64,000 bases of DNA from a virus. Its lineage: Duplodnaviria; Caudoviricetes. A program made the translations under genes and the position numbers. This document shows, one piece after another, positions 27,528 through 35,834 of this stretch. The stretch covers positions 47,281-111,280 of the IMG/VR virus record IMGVR_UViG_2772190672_000001. One strand, given 5' to 3'. The notes beneath the pieces are model-generated. The model was not told where the DNA came from. It saw only the letters and a program-made list of their open reading frames with translations, and searched no databases. How positions within the stretch are numbered: the stretch's first letter is position 1; each line of letters begins with the position of its first letter.

Positions 27528-27881
27528 TCAGCTGGCCAGCGCGATCATGTGCGCGGCGATTCGGTGCTTGCAGTCGCACTTCGACCGGAGTCCGGCCGGG
27601 CAGGTGCAGGCGGAGTGGGTGGTGCGGTAGGCGGTGCTGCCGTCGCTGCTGACCGCGAGGAACACGCGGTTCTTGCCGGTGTCGCGGAGGTGGATGATCC
27701 CGCCCTGTTCCAGCAACTCGACCGCCCGCTCGACCAGGTGGGTCTTGTAGCGGCGGGTGATCTGCTCGGAGCGTCCGGCCTTGCGCACCATCCGCCTGCA
27801 CTTGGGCCCGAGACCGTCGGGCGAGGTGTTGCGGAGCCGCGTGTGGCATCGCGTGCACCGGGTCTCCGGCTTGTTGTCCAT
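27528..27881 (-). CDS. Zn-finger protein (DUF6011-like N-terminus plus SWIM-like finger)
   Basis: CTRC..L....GLGPKC and CTCPAG...CKH. Confidence 0.65.
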   Translation of the reverse strand: MDNKPETRCTRCHTRLRNTSPDGLGPKCRRMVRKAGRSEQITRRYKTHLVERAVELLEQGGIIHLRDTGKNRVFLAVSSDGSTAYRTTHSACTCPAGLRSKCDCKHRIAAHMIALAS

Positions 27882-27922
27882 GGCGGCTCCCTTGGGGTGG
27901 GTGGTGTGTCGTGCATTCATCA

Positions 27923-27971
27923 TTGACCGAATAATCCGGGATTACCGTGTTATCCTGGTTTATTTGGTCAA
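27923..27971 (-). repeat. Repeat R14
   Basis: TTGACC-GAATAAT-CCGGGATTAC-CGT-GTTATCCTGG-TTTATTT-GGTCAA. Confidence 0.9.
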
Positions 27972-28024
27972 AGAATCTTCAAGGGATGAGTACTCCGCCG
28001 CAGGTCAGCGGCGGGGCGCCCACC

Positions 28025-28789
28025 TCAGTCGGTCAGCTCGGCGATCAGCACCGTGGCGTTGTCCACGTACTTCCACTCGCCCTCCGGCCGGCTCTTGCGG
28101 GACGTCTCCACGGCCAGGTCCACGAAGCCCTGCGCGATGCCCCGCAGGTCACCGTCGTCCAGCTCCACGTACAGGTCATGCCCGGCCTCGTCGTGCGGCT
28201 CGTACGCGCCGTCGCTGGCCAGGACAAGGCGGTCGCCGTCGACCAGCGGGCGGGCGGCGGCCTCGATCGCCGGGTGGCCGTAGATGTCCAGGGCTTCCTG
28301 GTCGGTGTAGACGGCCCCCAGGTAGGAGGTGATGACGTTGCGGCTGCCGCCCTCGGGGTTGGTGGCGGCGGGCGGGAGGACCCGGCGCTCGTTGTGGTCG
28401 TCGGTCAGCCGGTAGGCGATGCCGCGCCGGAGCAGGTAGGCGCGGGAGTCCCCGGCCCAGGCCAGGCCGAGGGAACGGCCGGGGGCGGCGACCGCGACGA
28501 CGGCGGCCGCGCTGGGCATGTACCGCCGGGTGTACGGGTCCTGACGGTCGGGGTCGGCCGCGATCTCCTCGTAGAGGGAGCGCAGGGCGCTCTCGGCGTC
28601 GCCGCGGCGGGCGGCCCGGATGGCGAGGCGGGCGGCCGTCCGGCGGGTCCAGTCGCGGATCGCCTCGGAGGTGCCGATGCCGTCGAGGACCACGTAGGCG
28701 CGGGTGCCGTCGGGGGCGGTACGGACGGCTGCCGCGTCGCACTGGAGGCCCCTGCCGCCGGTGTTCTGGGCGGTCGCGTAACTGCGCAT
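28025..28789 (-). CDS. PP2C/PPM-family Ser/Thr phosphatase
   Basis: GGR..QCD, VLDGIG, AWAGDSRAY, LTDDH, LASDG, DNATV. Confidence 0.85.
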   Translation of the reverse strand: MRSYATAQNTGGRGLQCDAAAVRTAPDGTRAYVVLDGIGTSEAIRDWTRRTAARLAIRAARRGDAESALRSLYEEIAADPDRQDPYTRRYMPSAAAVVAVAAPGRSLGLAWAGDSRAYLLRRGIAYRLTDDHNERRVLPPAATNPEGGSRNVITSYLGAVYTDQEALDIYGHPAIEAAARPLVDGDRLVLASDGAYEPHDEAGHDLYVELDDGDLRGIAQGFVDLAVETSRKSRPEGEWKYVDNATVLIAELTD

Positions 28790-28862
28790 GGATCGTTCTC
28801 CGTTCAGTGAGGGGTGAGGGGGCGCCGCGCGGCCGGGTGGCCGCGCGGCGCCGTCGGCTCGG

Positions 28863-29351
28863 TCAGGCGCGCTCGCCGGCGGGGCGGACGCAGGTCTCGT
28901 GGGTGTGGCAGTTGCACTTCCCGCAGCCCGCGCACATCTGCCCGGCCTCCAACCCGCAAGGGCCGCAGCCGCCGGTCGCGTCCAGCTCGGCGTCGTCGAG
29001 CGCACAGGTCAGGTCGGCGGCTGCGGCCAGACTGAAGCGGGGGCGGGGTTTGCACGAGCCGTCGCAGGTCTCGGGGCCACCGAGGAGCACGCCGTCCTCG
29101 CCGGCGTGACCGTCGCAGCCCGCGGGGTCTCGGACGATCACGGTGACGTCGTGGACCTTGAGCGTGGCCTCGCCACGGATGGCCCAGTCCGAGGCGATGC
29201 CGCCGACGATGGCGATCATCTCGCGGTCGTTGGTGGTGGGCTTGCCCTGAGCGCGGGCGACGCCCCAGACGATGTTCCGCAGCTCGCCCTGGCGGTCGGC
29301 GAAGTAGGTGCGGTCCTCGATGCCGGGGTGCTCGATGGTGACTTCGAACAT
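28863..29351 (-). CDS. Hypothetical Cys-rich protein
   Basis: AAGGAG RBS; CGPC..CAGCGKCNC. Confidence 0.65.
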   Translation of the reverse strand: MFEVTIEHPGIEDRTYFADRQGELRNIVWGVARAQGKPTTNDREMIAIVGGIASDWAIRGEATLKVHDVTVIVRDPAGCDGHAGEDGVLLGGPETCDGSCKPRPRFSLAAAADLTCALDDAELDATGGCGPCGLEAGQMCAGCGKCNCHTHETCVRPAGERA

Positions 29352-29389
29352 GGGCTGCTCCTTCGTGGGTGGGTGTTCCTTGCCCATCT

Positions 29390-29439
29390 TGGACCATGTG
29401 GACCAGGATTGTGGACGTTATCCCAAATAAGTTGGTCGA
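29390..29439 (-). repeat. Repeat R15 (degenerate, 50 bp)
   Basis: TGGACC...CCAGGATT...GTTATCCC...TTGGTCGA; upstream gene's stop begins 23 bp away. Confidence 0.6.
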
Positions 29440-29461
29440 AAAGTGGTGGGTTGACGGCCGT

Positions 29462-29632
29462 TCAGGCGCCCAGGTCGCAGCGCTCGCAGAAGACGATGCC
29501 GCTGCCGTCGATGAGGCAGACCAGTTCGCGCCCGCAGTCGCACATGCCGAGGTCGGGCAGTTCCGGCAGCGGCTGGGTGATCCGGATGGCCGGAATGCTG
29601 ACGGTGGTGGCCGCAATGATGGGGGCGCTCAT
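29462..29632 (-). CDS. Small zinc-ribbon protein, first gene of the repeat-driven region
   Basis: GGAGG RBS; CDCG...CERC, similar pattern to 9137-9355. Confidence 0.6.
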   Translation of the reverse strand: MSAPIIAATTVSIPAIRITQPLPELPDLGMCDCGRELVCLIDGSGIVFCERCDLGA

Positions 29633-29797
29633 CGGTCCCTCCCTGGGGTGTCGTGCTGTTTGTCGTACTTCATTCCTCCCCCACCCACCGTTGTCCACCC
29701 TCATTTGGGCGAGAAAATGCCACGTCAAACCGGGTTTGACCTTGCCTTTGGTCGGTCATCCGTGTTTACCCCGGAGGCCTTGTGCAAGACTCGCGGT

Positions 29798-30409
29798 ATG
29801 GCCACCACCGACAGCCCGCCCCCGAGCGGCTACCAGCCCAGCGACCGGCTCAGGGAACGCCTCGCCGCCTGGCGGACCATCGTGGACGAGACGGAGCCGC
29901 AGGCCCGCGAGGCGCTGCTTGCGGGCATCGCGCGGGAGCTGACGGAGAACGTGCGGCTGAACCTGCCGACGCTCGCCGAGCACCTGCCGTGGTCAGACGA
30001 GAACATTCGCCTCCTGATGGCCGGCCGGGGCGTGCCGCCGCGCGAGCGGCACCGCAAGGAGGAGGGCGACCCGCCGGTCTACACGCCCAGCGAGCAGCTC
30101 CGCGACCTGCTCGCCGACTGGCACCAGGTCCTGGACGGCGAGAAGAAGGCCCGCGCGGCGGTGGACGAGGCCATTGCCGACGACTTGAAGGCGAACCCGA
30201 CCCTGACCAACGCGGAGATGGCGGACCATGTCCCGTGGGCTGAGGAGCAGGTGCGGCTCATCGCTCGCGCGCACAACGTGCCGCGCCGCCGTAAGCGGGG
30301 CTCGGAGCACAAGCTGATCGAGGACAAGGGGCGCCCGAAGTCGGTCGTTGTCCCGTACGACTGGTACGTCCAGCAGCCGGGCGCGGACCCGAGCATCGTG
30401 AAGCGGTAA
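29798..30409 (+). CDS. Tandem-duplicated HTH-like protein with Phd-like C-terminal strand; candidate regulator
   Basis: Y.PS..LR..LA.W...AR.A....IA..L..N..L....A.H.PW..E..RL.....VP.R occurs twice; C-terminal LIEDKGRPKSVVVPYDWY. Confidence 0.75.
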   Translation: MATTDSPPPSGYQPSDRLRERLAAWRTIVDETEPQAREALLAGIARELTENVRLNLPTLAEHLPWSDENIRLLMAGRGVPPRERHRKEEGDPPVYTPSEQLRDLLADWHQVLDGEKKARAAVDEAIADDLKANPTLTNAEMADHVPWAEEQVRLIARAHNVPRRRKRGSEHKLIEDKGRPKSVVVPYDWYVQQPGADPSIVKR

Positions 30410-30418
30410 CGGACACCT

Positions 30419-30471
30419 GCGAACGCCGAAGGGGCCGCACGCGAAATGCGTGCGGCCCCTTCGGCGTTCGC
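30419..30471. terminator. Long perfect hairpin between convergent genes
   Basis: GCGAACGCCGAAGGGGCCGCACGC-GAAAT-GCGTGCGGCCCCTTCGGCGTTCGC. Confidence 0.85.
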
Positions 30472-30475
30472 GCCG

Positions 30476-30727
30476 TCAGACGAGTCCGAGAATCTTCGCG
30501 CCGAATGCGAGGAGCATGATCACGGCGAATGCGACGACGGCTGAACGCTCGCCACCCTGAGGGGCACGGAGTTCACCGGACGTCAGAATGCATTCCCCCA
30601 CCGGGTGCAGACCGCCGTGCCTTTTGTGGCGGTGATCTTCCCCGACGTCGTCCGCCGTGCGCTTCAAGAAGTACGGGTCGGATTCCAGGTTGCACGCCGG
30701 GCAGAAGTAGCGGTACGGGCCGAGCAC
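30476..30727 (-). CDS. Small membrane-anchored Zn-binding protein
   Basis: YFCPAC...H...H plus C-terminal hydrophobic helix; GGAGAAGG RBS. Confidence 0.6.
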   Translation of the reverse strand: MLGPYRYFCPACNLESDPYFLKRTADDVGEDHRHKRHGGLHPVGECILTSGELRAPQGGERSAVVAFAVIMLLAFGAKILGLV

Positions 30728-31041
30728 GGCCTTCTCCTGGTGGACTTGGACGGTTAGGACGTTTTCACGGTAGCGGCAGCGACCTGGCCGACGCATCAAC
30801 TCCGCTTATTTTCGAGGCGTTATCGAACGGACTCGGGCGGCCGCCAACCCCTCCCCTCACCCCGGTAGGGAGGTAGGTAGGCGGTAGTAAGTAGGGGTAC
30901 GGGGCCTCTTCCGGGGCGGGGGAGGGGAGGGGGCCGCACCACTCCCCTACAGCCGGCCGAACGGCACCCATGACGGGCCCCCCGTACGGGCCCGTGTGCG
31001 GGGCCTGGGCGGGGGCCGGAATCCGGGCCGAACGGGGCCGG

Positions 31042-32154
31042 TCAGAGGGTGGATTTCAGCTCTCGGGAGGGGCCCGGCTGAGGGGTGAGATCGGGCACCA
31101 ATTCGGCGGGGAGACGGGGCCGCCTCCCGAGGTCTTCCGCAAGGTCGGCGACGTGGACGCCGGGACGGTTTTTCTGCTTTCCGCCGATCCGGAATTTCAT
31201 CTGCTCGCGCCAACGGATCTCGGCGCTTTCGAGGAGGCCGATGACGGCCTTCCGGTCAGTGGCTTGTGTAACTCCCCTGCGCTGCAATGGGGCTACGAGG
31301 TCATCAACGATGACGCCCCTCCCCTTGGCCTCTTTGAATCCCCCGGCGCCGGCCGCGGCCTCCTGCTCGACGCAATTCCGGATGGCCGCGCGCAGGGTGG
31401 GCCACGCGTCTACTTCGTGGGCCTGCTCCCCCGCCGACATCTCGTGATCGTTTTCGGTGGGGTCCTCGTCGTCAGCGTCTTCTTCGACGTCGGCGGTGGG
31501 CTCCTCGTCGCGGGGGGCGACCATCGCGGCGACCAGGCACCAGACGACGGCCAGACCGAGGATGATCCCGGACTCGTACGGAGCGAGGAGGCCGCCGAGG
31601 GCCCCGAGGGCCATCCCGCCGAAGGTCGCGCCGACGGTGAGGACGAGGAAGCCGATCGCGACCCGTTCGAGGGCGTCCGCCGGGCCGACCTTGGCAGGCG
31701 CCGAGGACGCGGTCGGCGGTGCCTGCTTGCCGGGGGACTGCGCCGCGCCCTTGCGGCGCTTCCAGGGCGGTCCTGCCGGAGCGTCGGCGGTGAACTGCGC
31801 CTCCTCGGTGGGAGCGGGCTCCTGGCATTCTTCGGCGGCGGCCGGGTCCGCCGGCTTCGCTGAGGCAGCCGCTCCCCCGCCCGTGCTGGCGCGGACCGCG
31901 GCCCGGACCCCTCGGGCCAGGGCGCGGACGAGGATCCCGGCGAGGACCGGGGTCCCTCGGAATGCGTCACGGATCAGGGAGACGGTGACGTGCCACAGGG
32001 CGTGCATCTGCTTGAGGGCGAACCGGGCGAGGCTGCCCGGCTGGCGGCGGGTCCAGGCGGTGAGCCGGTGAAGCTCGTCGCGGAGTCCGCCGCGTTCGAC
32101 GCCCGCGCGCCATCCCTCGCGGAACTCCTCGCGCAACTCGTCTACGACGTCCAC
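31042..32154 (-). CDS. Membrane protein with C-terminal domain resembling the TraB winged helix, no FtsK ATPase
   Basis: Two TM helices, acidic linker, then GVIVDDLV..L...LLESAEI....KNRPGVHVADL; no Walker A. Confidence 0.6.
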   Translation of the reverse strand: MDVVDELREEFREGWRAGVERGGLRDELHRLTAWTRRQPGSLARFALKQMHALWHVTVSLIRDAFRGTPVLAGILVRALARGVRAAVRASTGGGAAASAKPADPAAAEECQEPAPTEEAQFTADAPAGPPWKRRKGAAQSPGKQAPPTASSAPAKVGPADALERVAIGFLVLTVGATFGGMALGALGGLLAPYESGIILGLAVVWCLVAAMVAPRDEEPTADVEEDADDEDPTENDHEMSAGEQAHEVDAWPTLRAAIRNCVEQEAAAGAGGFKEAKGRGVIVDDLVAPLQRRGVTQATDRKAVIGLLESAEIRWREQMKFRIGGKQKNRPGVHVADLAEDLGRRPRLPAELVPDLTPQPGPSRELKSTL

Positions 32155-32155
32155 T

Positions 32156-32626
32156 TCACACCACCTTTCCGACGACGGTGGCCAGGAGCATGTGGAACAC
32201 GTTGGCGGCGAGGGACCAGATGCCTCCGGCCTCGGCGGCGCCGATACCGATCGCCAGGCCGCACAGGGCGGGCCAGACGAGGCGCTTCCACCGGAAGGCG
32301 TAGGCGATGGCGAACAGGATGAAGCACACGCCTCCCTGCCCGGGAGAGGAACCCAGCAGCCCGGAGCCGCCGAACACGCTGTTGCTGACCTGGTGGACTC
32401 CCTGGCCCATCTCAGCGAGGGTGCCGCCTGCGGCCGCCCAGAGCTGACCGATGAGGCAGCCCCAGATCAGCGCTTTCTTCTTGTCGTTGATCTTGATGGT
32501 GTCGCTGCCTCGGAGGCCAGCGATGAACATGAGGGTGAGACCGCCGGCGATGCCGACGACGGTGATCGAGCCGAGGAACTGACCCCCGCCGAGTCCGGCC
32601 GCGAGCGTCAGGGCGTGCGCGTGCAC
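32156..32626 (-). CDS. Gly-rich multi-pass membrane protein
   Basis: Several hydrophobic segments; GAAAGG RBS. Confidence 0.7.
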   Translation of the reverse strand: MHAHALTLAAGLGGGQFLGSITVVGIAGGLTLMFIAGLRGSDTIKINDKKKALIWGCLIGQLWAAAGGTLAEMGQGVHQVSNSVFGGSGLLGSSPGQGGVCFILFAIAYAFRWKRLVWPALCGLAIGIGAAEAGGIWSLAANVFHMLLATVVGKVV

Positions 32627-32637
32627 TGCGGTGCCTT

Positions 32638-33576
32638 TCAGTGGATGGGGTTGCCGTAGCGGAGGGTGCAGACGACGGTGGTCGCCAGGGGGATGCGGAA
32701 GAACCAGCGCACGAGCCAGTGGAAGCGGCGGAGGCGGCGGTCGATGCCCCACCACAGGGCGAAGGAGATCCCTCCCGTGGTGATCAGCAGTGAGACCGCG
32801 TCCGGGCCGAGCCCCCACCGCGCGCCGTTCTGGTTGAGCCAGGCGACCGGGACCGGCGCAATACGGCGGCCCACTTCGGCGCACCCGGCGATGACCAGGG
32901 GGCGGGTGACGAGCGCGTACGGCAGGACGAGCCGCACGGCCGGGTGCCGGGTGATCCACCAGGCCCCGAGGGCCGCGGCGGCCGCGAGGACGAACGCGAA
33001 CACGCCGCGCGCTGCATGCTCGGCGCCGCGAAGGTAGGTGTTCACGATCTCTGCGAGCGACAGCATGTAGCCGACCGCCGCGGCGCTCAGGTTGAACACA
33101 GCGATGCGCAGGCTGGGATCGTCCGTCAGGTCCTTGCCGGACTTCCCGGATTTCGTCGCCCCGGCCCGTCGTTGGAGTGTGCTGCGGACGGGCTTGGCGT
33201 TGGCCGGGACCTTCGCGACAGGCTCGGTCGGGGCCGGGGAAGTGGCCGGTGCCTCTTCTTCGGCGACGTCCTCGACGGGGTCCGCGTCGACCTGGTCCTC
33301 GCCGTCGACGGGCACCTCGGGGCCCTGCTCGTCGTCCTCGTCGCCAAGGGTGATCGTCTGTCCCGGGGCGGGCAGACGGCCGCCTCCTGCACTCACGACG
33401 CGGCGCGCGCCGGCCGGGGGCCAGCCCGGGGCGGGCGCCTTCGGCTGAACGGGGACAACCGGGGCGGCCTGGACGGTCGTGTCGTCCTGGTCCTCATCGG
33501 CGGGGTCGGCGTGGCCGACGGGGCGGACACCGCGCGCGTGCAGCATGCGCTGAAGCCAGCGCTCGCGCGGCGTCAC
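32638..33576 (-). CDS. Membrane protein (acidic N-terminus, several TM segments)
   Basis: GTGA coupling; hydrophobic C-terminal half. Confidence 0.7.
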   Translation of the reverse strand: MTPRERWLQRMLHARGVRPVGHADPADEDQDDTTVQAAPVVPVQPKAPAPGWPPAGARRVVSAGGGRLPAPGQTITLGDEDDEQGPEVPVDGEDQVDADPVEDVAEEEAPATSPAPTEPVAKVPANAKPVRSTLQRRAGATKSGKSGKDLTDDPSLRIAVFNLSAAAVGYMLSLAEIVNTYLRGAEHAARGVFAFVLAAAAALGAWWITRHPAVRLVLPYALVTRPLVIAGCAEVGRRIAPVPVAWLNQNGARWGLGPDAVSLLITTGGISFALWWGIDRRLRRFHWLVRWFFRIPLATTVVCTLRYGNPIH

Positions 33577-33752
33577 GGCGTCACTCCGAGCCAGGGCAGC
33601 AGGACTCGGGTGACCAGCATGTAGACGGCGCCGGTGGCGATTCCCGTCGCCAGGGCGGCCAGTACGGCGGTCCAGCAACTGCGGTACCGGCGGGGGTTGA
33701 TGAACAGGCCGCCGAGGATGGTCAGGATCAGCACGTCGAGGTTGGTGAGCAC
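33573..33752 (-). CDS. Small 2-TM protein
   Basis: LDVLILTILGGLFI...AVLAALATGIATGAVYMLV. Confidence 0.6.
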   Translation of the reverse strand: MLTNLDVLILTILGGLFINPRRYRSCWTAVLAALATGIATGAVYMLVTRVLLPWLGVTP

Positions 33753-33754
33753 GG

Positions 33755-34447
33755 TCAGTCTCCGAGGTAGGGGGGCAGCACGCGGGCTGCGGTGTCGGCG
33801 AGCCGGGCGGCACGGTTCGTGCGGAGCTTCTTGCGGTCGGTCGCGCGCAGGACGGCGCAGATGTCGGCGGCCGGGACCAGGCGCAGGCCCTGGAACTGCA
33901 GCCGCTCGCCGCTGCGCATGGGGCCGTCCATGACGGCGATGGCCTCGGGGCGGACGCCGAGGAGGGTTTCCACGGCGCGGGCGCCGCGGTGCAGGCCGCC
34001 CAGCCAGTCGGTCACGTCCTGCAGCTGGCCTCCGGGGCGGCCGCGGTAGAGCCGGCCTGCCCGGATGGACAGCCGTCGGCTGGCGTCCCAGCTCTTGGAG
34101 TCGAGGACGTACAGCCAGCCGCGCGGGCTGACGGCGAGCAGGTCGATGTTCGTGCGCTTGCCGGGGATGCCGCGGTCCGGCAGGAACACCCAGCCTTCGC
34201 GGACGAGATCTTGCAGGAGTTTGAAGACGAGCCGCTCCCCCTGGGCGCCGTGCTCCCAGTTCTTGGCGTCGGCTTCCGCCTGGGTGCGGATGTCGAGTGC
34301 GGTCGCGAGGCGGACCAGCGGGGTGCGTAACTGCCGCGCCCGGGCGGCGGCCGACGCACCGGCGCCAGTGATCTGGCGGCCGGGGCCGCGGTAACGCCAC
34401 CACCAGTAGGCGGCGGCCGCGGCCCCGAGCAGCAGCAGGGGTTTCAC
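33755..34447 (-). CDS. Membrane-anchored NERD (PD-(D/E)xK) nuclease-domain protein
   Basis: N-terminal hydrophobic helix; GAQGERLV...NIDLLAVSPRG.LYVLDSKSW. Confidence 0.85.
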   Translation of the reverse strand: MKPLLLLGAAAAAYWWWRYRGPGRQITGAGASAAARARQLRTPLVRLATALDIRTQAEADAKNWEHGAQGERLVFKLLQDLVREGWVFLPDRGIPGKRTNIDLLAVSPRGWLYVLDSKSWDASRRLSIRAGRLYRGRPGGQLQDVTDWLGGLHRGARAVETLLGVRPEAIAVMDGPMRSGERLQFQGLRLVPAADICAVLRATDRKKLRTNRAARLADTAARVLPPYLGD

Positions 34448-34584
34448 GACGGCCCCACTCCCGACATCTCTGCGACGAGCGCGATGAGCAGCATCAGCAG
34501 CCCGTATGCGCGCACGAGGCCGTTACGGGCCAGCAGAGCCAGGACCAGGCCGACAACGCCTTCGGCCACGAGCAGGCACGTCAT
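34444..34584 (-). CDS. Small hydrophobic protein
   Basis: AAGGAAG RBS; TGATG coupling. Confidence 0.55.
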   Translation of the reverse strand: MTCLLVAEGVVGLVLALLARNGLVRAYGLLMLLIALVAEMSGVGPS

Positions 34585-35741
34585 CAGGCTGTCTTCCTTC
34601 GCTTCTTCAGCTCGCGGTCGCGGGTGCGGCGGGTCGTCTCCTGCAGGCCCTTCCGGTCGCCGTGCGCCTGGCGCACCGCGTCCGTCATCGCCTCCAGCTC
34701 GGCCTCTTCCAGCGGCGCGTCGACGGCCCAGGCCGGGTTCTTGTCGAGCAGGTCGCGGACGGTCGCGGCGATCGACTGGCCGATGGGGTGCGCTCCCCCG
34801 GCCTGTGGCGCGGGCGGCGGCGTGGCCTGGCCGGTCGGCGCGCCCGCGCCCACCGGCGCGGCGGGCGGGACCGGTGCGGCCGGGGGCACCGGCGCCGGCG
34901 GCGCGGGCGGCTGTCCGGTCACCGTCTTGGACAGCGACGGCCCCTGTCCGGACGGCGGCGGCACCGGCGGCTCGGGCGGCGTCTGGACAGCCTGCCCGGA
35001 CACCTCGGCCGCCTGTCCGGACGTGTCCGGCGCGGCGATCTGCCGCGCCTGCCCGGCCTCGTTGAGGATCGCCTCGGCCGCTCGGAACTCCGGTGTCTCC
35101 ACGGCCCGCATCGCGGCGGCCCGCCGGTTCAGGCGGGCCAGGCGCGTGCCGAGCAGGAACCGCCCGGCAAGCGCCTGCTCCTCCTGGGTGACCCAGTGCG
35201 CGACGCCCGGGTCGAGGTTCACGCGGTCCAGGCCCATCACCAGGAACCACAGGCCCTTGGCGAGCAGGTCGAGGCACGAGCCGACGACGCCGGCGGGCAG
35301 CTGGTGCAGCTGGTCGCCGTACGTGATGACCGACCCCATGCTGATGAGCAAGGCCACCCAGCCGCCGGCCCGGGCCCGCTGCGCTCGCTTGGCGTCGACT
35401 CGCTCGATGTGCTCGACCCCGAGGCAGGCCAGCCACGAGGACGTGAAGACGACGCCGACCGCGTACGCGACGGCCGGGTGCAGCATCCGGGACAGCAGCC
35501 CGCCGATGCTGGCGGTCGTACCCGCGGCGGCCAGGACCGTGACGACGATCGCTACGCCCGTGACCCCGCGCCGAATGATCTCGTCCCAGTCGCGCGGCGG
35601 GACCGGGACGTACGCGAGATAGGGCACGCGCCGGGTGGACGGGCGGCCGTCGATGACGGTCGTCTCCTCCCGGTACCGCGTGACCTTCCTGTAGCGCACG
35701 CCGGGCTGCCGGGGCTGCGGCGTCTCGGGTGTCTGGGACAT
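34584..35741 (-). CDS. SpdB/DUF2637-like membrane protein (4 TM, Pro-rich linker, helical C-terminus)
   Basis: Architecture resembles Streptomyces plasmid/AICE spread proteins; GTCCGGAC repeats in the linker. Confidence 0.6.
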   Translation of the reverse strand: MSQTPETPQPRQPGVRYRKVTRYREETTVIDGRPSTRRVPYLAYVPVPPRDWDEIIRRGVTGVAIVVTVLAAAGTTASIGGLLSRMLHPAVAYAVGVVFTSSWLACLGVEHIERVDAKRAQRARAGGWVALLISMGSVITYGDQLHQLPAGVVGSCLDLLAKGLWFLVMGLDRVNLDPGVAHWVTQEEQALAGRFLLGTRLARLNRRAAAMRAVETPEFRAAEAILNEAGQARQIAAPDTSGQAAEVSGQAVQTPPEPPVPPPSGQGPSLSKTVTGQPPAPPAPVPPAAPVPPAAPVGAGAPTGQATPPPAPQAGGAHPIGQSIAATVRDLLDKNPAWAVDAPLEEAELEAMTDAVRQAHGDRKGLQETTRRTRDRELKKRRKTA

Positions 35742-35834
35742 GGCTGTGCCCTTCGGGCTCGTGATCGTTCAGGAGAGAGGCCCGGCGCCCCCGAAGGGGG
35801 ATGACGGGGAGGCCGGGCCGGTCCAGAGCGGCAA

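Noticed and set aside
6054-29387. Conserved ATG in the repeat leader (MKKVSP/MNARHTT extensions) as true starts or a leader peptide
   Set aside because: In frame with the downstream gene in only about half of the copies, while each gene has its own RBS further downstream
4805-29439. CRISPR array interpretation of the palindromic repeats
   Set aside because: Copies are separated by 0.4-3 kb of intact genes rather than 30-40 bp spacers, and no cas genes are visible
4805-29439. Classical integron attC array
   Set aside because: No RYYYAAC/GTTRRRY boxes; the elements carry their own promoter-like boxes, many modules are multigenic, and the integrase is phage-type and over 30 kb away
30863-30900. 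GGTA-rich short repeats as a clt-like site downstream of the TraB-like gene
   Set aside because: Irregular low-complexity tract with no consistent unit; too weak to call
31042-32154. Complete TraB conjugative translocase (AICE)
   Set aside because: Too short, no Walker A/B; no AICE-type Rep seen and terminase genes indicate a phage
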